Origin: Candidatus Rifleibacteriota bacterium
Lineage (GTDB): Bacteria > Muiribacteriota > Ozemobacteria > Ozemobacterales > Ozemobacteraceae
DNA length: 64,000 bases
Direction of reading: 5' to 3'
NCBI GenBank assembly: GCA_905236675.1
Contig: CAJOND010000011.1
Coordinates: 26,102-90,101 of the forward strand
Shown here: positions 57,610 to 64,000 of the stretch, in pieces
Layout of the letters: the number at the start of each line of letters is the position of its first letter
Numbering within the stretch: the first letter of the stretch is position 1
Made by a program: the position numbers and the translations under genes
The notes under the pieces: model-generated
What the model saw: the letters and a program-made list of their open reading frames with translations, nothing else
Databases searched by the model: none
What the model was told of the DNA's origin: nothing

Positions 57610-58827
57610 ATGAAGAAACTGACTGCTATATTACTTTTGATCCTAACTATTTTATTTATAGGCATTATAATCTATTTTGCCAGAGAAACATCAGGTATAA
57701 TGTTTCCCAAGAAACAATCTTCCGTCTCAGGTTATTCAACTGATAGTCAAAAAACAGAAGGAATTTTACCTAGTGGATGCATACCTTCCAAAGAAGCTTC
57801 AAAAAATCTCGACCCAAGTAAAGAGCCTCAACGTGAATTAGATGCATCAGAAAAATTTAAAAGATATTTAAATAGATTGATGTATAAGTTAGAAGATTTT
57901 TGGGAAGATTATTCTCTTCCAATTATAGGTTTTTGTTTTGCTTATTTTCTACTGACAATCATTTTATCTATAATGACCATTGCTGATAAAAGCAAAAAAC
58001 AAGTTCATTCAGACGAAGAATACAAAGTATTAGACGAAAAACTTGCTCAGGTTCAAAATAAATTAGACGAAAGCAACAAATTCAATGAAGATTTAAAAAC
58101 TAAGCTTGAAACTAACAAAGTTGATTCTGAAAAAATTAGTCAGCTTCAACAAAGCCTTGATGAAAAAAATAAAGAACTAGAAGAAAACAAATCAAATCTT
58201 GAAAGCAAAATATCAGAATTTGATAAGTTAAAAGCCGAAGCCGAAACAGTTAGCAGTAAAGCTGAAAACTTAGAAAAAGACAATAAAGGTATTCGACGTG
58301 AAGTCGACAAACTTAATTCCAAACTAAAAGCTTCTGATTCAGAAAAAGATGAATTAAAAGCAAAAATCATCGAACTTGGAAAACAAATCGAAGAACAGAG
58401 TGAAGAATTAAAAGCTGCAGCTGCCAACGCTAAAGGTGGTAAAGAAGCTATTCCGCCAGCTGCTTACCAAATTCTCTATCTATTGCAGAAAGAAGGTCGT
58501 TTAATAGATCTTTTGAACGAAGATATTTCTGGAATAGAAGATGAAGATTTAGGTGGTGCAGTTCGACCTGTTTTGGAAGGCTGTGCAAAACTTTTAAAAG
58601 ACCGCCTTGTTGTTGAACCTGTTTTAAAGGAAGAAGAAGGCAGTGTTGTTACAGTCGATGAAGCTGACCCGGAAACAATAAAACTTTCTGGTACTGTTCC
58701 TGAATCTGGTCCTTACAAAGGCGAACTCATACATCATGGCTGGCGCCTCAAAGAATGTAACCTGCCAGAACTGGTAGATGGCTGGAAAGGTAACGTAATA
58801 GCACCAGCCGAAATAGAAATAAGTTAA
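57610..58827 (+). CDS. Membrane-anchored coiled-coil protein with C-terminal DUF2760-like domain
   Basis: Two TM segments, long heptad K/E-rich coil, LLQKEGRLIDLL.EDI...GGAVR.V..GC, G.L.HHGW, IAPAEIE. Confidence 0.8.
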   Translation: MKKLTAILLLILTILFIGIIIYFARETSGIMFPKKQSSVSGYSTDSQKTEGILPSGCIPSKEASKNLDPSKEPQRELDASEKFKRYLNRLMYKLEDFWEDYSLPIIGFCFAYFLLTIILSIMTIADKSKKQVHSDEEYKVLDEKLAQVQNKLDESNKFNEDLKTKLETNKVDSEKISQLQQSLDEKNKELEENKSNLESKISEFDKLKAEAETVSSKAENLEKDNKGIRREVDKLNSKLKASDSEKDELKAKIIELGKQIEEQSEELKAAAANAKGGKEAIPPAAYQILYLLQKEGRLIDLLNEDISGIEDEDLGGAVRPVLEGCAKLLKDRLVVEPVLKEEEGSVVTVDEADPETIKLSGTVPESGPYKGELIHHGWRLKECNLPELVDGWKGNVIAPAEIEIS

Positions 58828-58838
58828 GGAGTTTCCCC

Positions 58839-60626
58839 ATGGCAAAACAAAAATACATTGTAGGTATAGACTTAGGAACAACTAACATTGTAGTGGGGTA
58901 TGCTCCATTAGTAATAAAAGAAGATGAAAAGCCGGAAATAAACTTAGCTCCCATTGCTCAGGAACTCGCTAAAGGAGCTGTTGAAGCACTTGAAGTATTG
59001 CCTTCATTCATTTTTGAAAGAATCAAAGAAAAGCCAGTTCTAGATTGGGATTTGGAATCAAAATTTATAATTGGTGAATATGCTAGAGAAAGAGGCTCTG
59101 AAGTGCCTGATAGACTTATTTCTTCAGCAAAATCATGGCTTTGCAATCCTAGAATTAACCGCAAAGAAGCAATTCTTCCTTGGAATGCTCCAGAAGGTGC
59201 CGAAAAAATATCACCTTTCCAGGCAATGGTAATGTTTTTAAACCATGTTAGAGAAGCCTGGAACCGCAAATTTCCAAAAGATAAATTAGAAAACCAAAAA
59301 GTCGTTGTTACTATTCCAGCCTCTTTTGACGCAGCCGCAAGAGACTTGGTCGTAGAAGCCTCTAAAAAAGCAGGGTTATCAACAATTACATTGTTAGAAG
59401 AGCCACAGGCAGCTTTCTATTCATGGATTTCACAGAACGAAAAACCTTGGCGTAAACAGGTTTCAAAAGGCGATACGGTTTTAGTTGTTGACGTTGGCGG
59501 CGGTACAACTGACTTCTCACTTATTGAAATCAGCGAATCAGACGGTGATTTAAGTCTAGAACGTGTTGCAGTTGGCAATCATATTCTGCTTGGTGGCGAT
59601 AATATGGATTTGACTTTGGCTTATATAGCAAAACAAAAACTTGAAGCAGCCAATAAAAAGGTCAGCCATTGGCAGACAATTCAGTTGAGTCATCAGTGCA
59701 GAAAAGCCAAGGAAGAACTGCTAACAGATACTTCAAAAGAATCTGCACCAGTTGTTATTTCTGGCCGTGGCAGCTCACTGATTGCAAATACAATAAAAAC
59801 CACAATAGAACGTAAAGATATAGAACAAACTCTATTGGAAGGATTCTTCCCCAAATGTTCTTTTGAAGATTCTCCTGTTGAAGCTACTGAAGGTGGCGTT
59901 AGAGAAATCAACTTAATGTATGCTGCTGACCCTGCAATAACCCGACATCTAGCTAAGTTCTTACGAAGCCAGAACAACGAAACAAAGACATACGGTTACC
60001 CTAGAGCTATTCTTTTCAATGGTGGTGTTTTCAAGTCTGAAATATTCAAGAAGAAACTTATAGAAGTTCTTAACTCTTGGCTAAAAGATGCCGGGAAAGA
60101 ACCCATCAAAGTCCTAGAAGGAGCAGAACTTTCTCAAGCAGTTGCCAGAGGTGCTACCTATTTCGGAACAGTAAGCGAAGGTCATGGAATACGTATAAGA
60201 GGCGGTGTATCTCAGTCTTATTATTTGGGTGTTGAATCTGCTATTCCAGCAATACCTGGTTTCAAACCGCCAATTAAAGCTCTATGTGTTGCAAAACAAG
60301 GAACTGAAGAAGGCACAACACTTGATGTTCCCGATAGAACCTTTGCAATCAGAATCGGCAAAACAGCTGAATTTAAGTTCTTCAAATCAAATTGCAGACG
60401 AGACGACAACTTCGGCGAAATCTTCGAAGATATGGATGAAAGCTTTGAAGACACTAGTTCTTTAAGGTTAGAACTAGAAGCTTATGAAGGCATGAAGCCA
60501 GGCGATATTGTAGATGTTAAACTTCAAGTAGTAATCACAGAAATAGGCACCTTAGAAGTTTACTGCATCGAACTTAATGGTGACCACCGCTGGAAGTTGG
60601 AATTCAACGTCAGAGAAACCGCTTGA
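58839..60626 (+). CDS. Atypical Hsp70-family protein
   Basis: GIDLGTTN, SAKSWL, TIPASF, EEPQAA, DVGGGTTD, GGDNMD, FNGG; no canonical DnaK lid/C-terminus. Confidence 0.9.
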   Translation: MAKQKYIVGIDLGTTNIVVGYAPLVIKEDEKPEINLAPIAQELAKGAVEALEVLPSFIFERIKEKPVLDWDLESKFIIGEYARERGSEVPDRLISSAKSWLCNPRINRKEAILPWNAPEGAEKISPFQAMVMFLNHVREAWNRKFPKDKLENQKVVVTIPASFDAAARDLVVEASKKAGLSTITLLEEPQAAFYSWISQNEKPWRKQVSKGDTVLVVDVGGGTTDFSLIEISESDGDLSLERVAVGNHILLGGDNMDLTLAYIAKQKLEAANKKVSHWQTIQLSHQCRKAKEELLTDTSKESAPVVISGRGSSLIANTIKTTIERKDIEQTLLEGFFPKCSFEDSPVEATEGGVREINLMYAADPAITRHLAKFLRSQNNETKTYGYPRAILFNGGVFKSEIFKKKLIEVLNSWLKDAGKEPIKVLEGAELSQAVARGATYFGTVSEGHGIRIRGGVSQSYYLGVESAIPAIPGFKPPIKALCVAKQGTEEGTTLDVPDRTFAIRIGKTAEFKFFKSNCRRDDNFGEIFEDMDESFEDTSSLRLELEAYEGMKPGDIVDVKLQVVITEIGTLEVYCIELNGDHRWKLEFNVRETA

Positions 60627-60632
60627 CAAACT

Positions 60633-60970
60633 GAAAGTTGAAAGGTAAAAACGGAAAGCTTTTTTGTAGTTATTGTTCTAAAGCCCCTCCTTGAGGTTTT
60701 AGCCTCTTGTTTATGATTGCTGCGATTGGTTTTATGTTTAGCTTAAGCTTAGCAAAATATCGTATATTGCAAACGACGATTACTTTCTTGCCTTCGCCTA
60801 AACAATCACCACCCATTACCACCACCAACCACAAGGCTGCAAGCCTTTCCGTTTTCATTTTTCAACTCTTTACTCTCCACTCTCTGCTCTAAGAGGCCCT
60901 CGTCCGCTCTTCTGCTCTCAACTCTCAGTTTTCAGTTCTCCGTTTTCAGTTCTCAACTCTCAACTCTTTA
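60633..60970. repeat. Long imperfect palindrome plus heptamer array between the two Hsp70 genes
   Basis: Arms aaagttgaaaggtaaaaacggaaag / ctttccgttttcatttttcaactct; inner tgtttag/ctaaaca; then ctctcaa/ctctcag/ttttcag 7-mers. Confidence 0.65.
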
Positions 60971-60974
60971 ACAT

Positions 60975-61004
60975 TTGACTATTTATCTAATACTTTGTAA
61001 GCTA
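60975..61004 (+). promoter_or_regulatory. Putative internal promoter for the second Hsp70
   Basis: TTGACT-N17-TAAGCT. Confidence 0.5.
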
Positions 61005-61035
61005 ATACGTAAAGAAATAATAAGGAATAGACCTG

Positions 61036-63801
61036 ATGGGTATTTTAGATAAAGCTTTAAATATACGTTACGTAATAGGAATAGACTTGGGAACCACCCA
61101 ATGTGCTCTTTCATACTGCGATTTGCACGACAAGAATCTGAAGATTAAAAATCTTCCTATAACTCAGCTTGTAAACGACAGTATGATTGACGATTTGCCA
61201 ACACTGCCTTCTAACATTTACTTAGTTGAAGAAACAAGGGTTCTTAAACGTCCTGAGTGGATGGAAAGACCTGGCAAAATCATAGGCAATTATGCAAAAG
61301 AGCTTGGCAGTCAGGTTCCAGGTCGATACATTCATAGTAGTAAGTCCTGGCTTTGCCATCCTAGAGCAGAAAGGCAATCTCCTATTTTGCCATGGCAGAG
61401 CGAAATAACAGATAAAAAGATTTCTCCTGTAGATGCTGCCTGCGAATATTTAACTTATCTAAAAAATCTATGGGATGCTAAAATAGGTATCGAAGGCGAA
61501 GATTCTCTTTTTGAAAAGCAGAAGGTAATCGTTACTGTTCCTGCTTCTTTTGACCCGTCAGCTCGAAACTTAACTTTAGAAGCAATCGAAAAAGCAGGTA
61601 TAAAAAACTATTCATTACTAGAAGAACCCCAAGCAGCTTTTTACGACTATTTGCAGAGAAACCCCACAACTATGGTTTCAGAATTAAAAGGTGTTGACAC
61701 TGTGTTAGTCATAGATGTTGGTGGTGGAACAACAGATTTTAGCCTGATTGGTGTAAAATGGGTTAAAGACGGCAATCATGCGGAATTTACAAGACTAGCA
61801 GTAGGTCCACATCTGTTAATTGGCGGTGATAACCTTGATTTAACCTTAGCTAGAAATGCCGAAGCTTCTTTTAATAACAAAGGAAAAAGACTTAACTCTA
61901 AGCAATGGCTTTCTTTGCTCGCTCAAAGCCGAATTCAAAAAGAAAAGATTCTTTCTGACGAAAGCAACGGCAAAATAGATTTTACTATTACTGGTTCTGG
62001 AAGTGGTGTATTGTCTGGCTCTGCACGAGTTCAAATCGAAGCCAATAAATTAAGACAAATCCTTATAGACGGTTTTTTCCCATTGGTTGATTCCAATGAA
62101 TACCCTGATGAAAGCGAAGCTTTGGGCTTGTCGGAAGCAGGTTTGCCTTTCACCAAAGACGCTGCCGTAACCAAGCATTTAGCTGCATTCTTAAAAGATA
62201 ACGATGTAATGCCAGATGCAGTCTTGTTTAATGGTGGAACAATGAAGGCAGACTGCTTGCGTCAGCGCTTGTGCGAAATTATTGGATTATGGCGTGGAGA
62301 GGAACCTAAAGTATTAGAAAATCCTCATCCTATCTTAGCTGTTGCTGCTGGTGCTGCTTATTATGGGGTCGTAGGCGTAGGCTTAGGTCAGAAGATTCAT
62401 AGTGGAAACCCGGTGTCTATATATTTGGGAATAGGCAATTCTTCTAGTTCTACAATAGATAAATATGTTCCAGAACAGCTTATCTGCATTTTGCCTAAGG
62501 GCTCTGAAACAGAAACTGATTACGACTTAAAGGGCAAAACTCTTGGCATAGATTTAAGCCATGATGCTGCTTTTTATCTGTTTTATACTCCGTTACCGCC
62601 AAAAGCAGAAGAGTTTGGTAGAACTATTCGATTCAACTCAAAACGCTATTTACCTCTTCCCCCCTGCAAATTAAAAGCTCAAACAGCAAAGGGCGAAAGA
62701 CAGGTAAACATTCGCATAAAACTGAGAGAAACAGGCTATTTACAGATTTTCTGCGAAGAATTAAAGGGTAGTTTTTCTCAGGAACTGCGATTTGATTTGG
62801 GCGAAAACGATAAGAAAGCCGATAACTCTACACCAGTTAAGCGTAAGGTTCCGTTGACTAGTGCTCAATTAAAAGATATTTCTTCAATTTTAGATGATGC
62901 TTTTGCAGGTAAACTAGAGTTTAATTCAATTTTTAAGGAAATAGAAAAGATTATCGGCAGCGATAGAAACTCTTGGGATGCTGAAATGCTCAGACAGTTA
63001 TTTGATGTTGTCATAGAAAGAGAAGCTGATTTCCGACAGAGTCAAGCTTCTATGACTATCTGGTGCAGATTATTGGGTTACACTTTAAGACCTGGTTACG
63101 GTGTAAAAAATGATAATGAACGTGTTGACCGTATGTGGAAAATGGTTTATGAATCATTCGACTACGACAATGTTGAATTCTGGGCAGAATGGTGGGGTAT
63201 GTGGAAACGCATAGCACCAGGACTTTCACCAGAACGACAATTTTCATTAGAAAAGCTTATTATGCCTATTCTTTTCCCGCCGAAAAAACGAGATAAAAAG
63301 TTGAGAAAAATAGTTCAGCACGAAAGAAACCAGCTTTGGAGACTATTAGGACATTTAGAACGTTTAAGCGTTGAAGAAAAGAAATCTATAGGAGATTTGA
63401 TACTTAACACTCCAATGTGTTTTGGAGTTGATTTCGTATCTTTAAGCACTTTGGCAAGACTTGGAACCAGAGAACTTGCTTATGCTCAAGACAGCCTTAT
63501 GGTGCCACCAAGTGTAGCAAATGAATGGGCAGCAAAATTACTTAGAAAGGCAATTCCAGGCAGTTCATATCTAGACACAGCATTACGTGAAATAGGCAGA
63601 AAAACTGGTGATAGAATGGTCCAAATTGAAGACCAGCTTAGAAACGATATTTTAGAAGTCTTTAAAAAGAAGCTTAAAAAGAAGAACTTCATTAAACCTC
63701 TTCTCAAAGCTGTTAAGTTAGAAGAAAACGATTTGCAGGAAATAACTGGTGAAGTATTGCCTTCTGGTTTCGTTTGGGTAAAAGATGAAAATGATAGCTG
63801 A
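61036..63801 (+). CDS. Atypical Hsp70-family protein with C-terminal DUF3731-like helical domain
   Basis: GIDLGTT, EEPQAA, DVGGGTTD, GGDNLD, FNGG; C-terminal W.RLLGYTLRPGYG...EWW.MWKRIAPGL. Confidence 0.88.
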   Translation: MGILDKALNIRYVIGIDLGTTQCALSYCDLHDKNLKIKNLPITQLVNDSMIDDLPTLPSNIYLVEETRVLKRPEWMERPGKIIGNYAKELGSQVPGRYIHSSKSWLCHPRAERQSPILPWQSEITDKKISPVDAACEYLTYLKNLWDAKIGIEGEDSLFEKQKVIVTVPASFDPSARNLTLEAIEKAGIKNYSLLEEPQAAFYDYLQRNPTTMVSELKGVDTVLVIDVGGGTTDFSLIGVKWVKDGNHAEFTRLAVGPHLLIGGDNLDLTLARNAEASFNNKGKRLNSKQWLSLLAQSRIQKEKILSDESNGKIDFTITGSGSGVLSGSARVQIEANKLRQILIDGFFPLVDSNEYPDESEALGLSEAGLPFTKDAAVTKHLAAFLKDNDVMPDAVLFNGGTMKADCLRQRLCEIIGLWRGEEPKVLENPHPILAVAAGAAYYGVVGVGLGQKIHSGNPVSIYLGIGNSSSSTIDKYVPEQLICILPKGSETETDYDLKGKTLGIDLSHDAAFYLFYTPLPPKAEEFGRTIRFNSKRYLPLPPCKLKAQTAKGERQVNIRIKLRETGYLQIFCEELKGSFSQELRFDLGENDKKADNSTPVKRKVPLTSAQLKDISSILDDAFAGKLEFNSIFKEIEKIIGSDRNSWDAEMLRQLFDVVIEREADFRQSQASMTIWCRLLGYTLRPGYGVKNDNERVDRMWKMVYESFDYDNVEFWAEWWGMWKRIAPGLSPERQFSLEKLIMPILFPPKKRDKKLRKIVQHERNQLWRLLGHLERLSVEEKKSIGDLILNTPMCFGVDFVSLSTLARLGTRELAYAQDSLMVPPSVANEWAAKLLRKAIPGSSYLDTALREIGRKTGDRMVQIEDQLRNDILEVFKKKLKKKNFIKPLLKAVKLEENDLQEITGEVLPSGFVWVKDENDS

Positions 63802-63865
63802 AAATTAACGGAAGTTAATTTTAGGACGGTTTAAAAAAAGGATTATAAGCGAAACAAATAAACAT

Positions 63866-64000
63866 ATGAAAAAAAAGATCTTAATTATTTCAATAATCTT
63901 ATCTGTTTTAATCATAACTATAATATCCACCATAATATATTTATTTGTCACAATTACTCCATATTATCGTGTATATGCAAACAAATACCTTGTAGAAAAA
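63866..64000 (+). CDS. Partial hypothetical membrane/exported protein (truncated by window end)
   Basis: Open frame MKKKILIISIILSVLIITIISTIIYLFV... to the end of the window. Confidence 0.55.
   Translation, partial: MKKKILIISIILSVLIITIISTIIYLFVTITPYYRVYANKYLVEK

Noticed and set aside
60670-60892. ORFs 60670-60858(-) and 60707-60892(+)
   Set aside because: They lie within the palindromic/repeat element, lack RBS and use atypical composition.
1290-63707. Numerous 60-190 aa ORFs antisense to or nested in long genes (e.g. 12544-13119, 24043-24525, 50292-50756)
   Set aside because: Shadow ORFs of well-supported genes, with no RBS or recognisable motifs and Ser/Phe/Leu-rich antisense composition.
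58839-63801. Canonical dnaK heat-shock operon
   Set aside because: No grpE/dnaJ/hrcA, no CIRCE (TTAGCACTC-N9-GAGTGCTAA), and both proteins lack the canonical DnaK C-terminus.

Overview
AT-rich bacterial chromosome segment with about 45 genes and no rRNA, tRNA, CRISPR array or intact transposase that I can see. The gene content suggests a flagellated, piliated anaerobe. The HEAT/TPR-rich proteome and CxxHG pilin-like family remind me of Candidatus Riflebacteria, but that assignment is an inference only. Housekeeping and metabolic genes: Ski2/HelY-like helicase-tsaE-tsaB-tsaD operon, dCMP deaminase, murA, PIN-PhoH, uvrA, a pseudouridine synthase, kamDE and a three-subunit xanthine-dehydrogenase-family molybdoenzyme. 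Flagellar genes are scattered: a giant stand-alone flgL, fliS, and fliW-csrA-giant flagellin, with sigma28-like promoters. Type IV pilus/T2SS genes include three pilin-like genes and two PilB/GspE ATPases. The most unusual features are: (i) both PilB ATPases carry large C-terminal fusions, one a His-less histidine-kinase-like module and the other an HTH-like segment plus Trp-rich ~78-aa repeats; (ii) a family of palindromic/heptamer repeat elements, with one copy inserted in frame inside tsaB and a nested copy in the flgL leader; (iii) a fliS-small peptide-radical SAM/SPASM unit; (iv) a single-AAA Clp ATPase next to a 977-aa secreted protein with a pore-former-like hydrophobic hairpin; (v) a DUF2760-Hsp70-Hsp70 locus split by a long palindrome; (vi) one gene frameshifted in a poly-A tract and one pseudogene.
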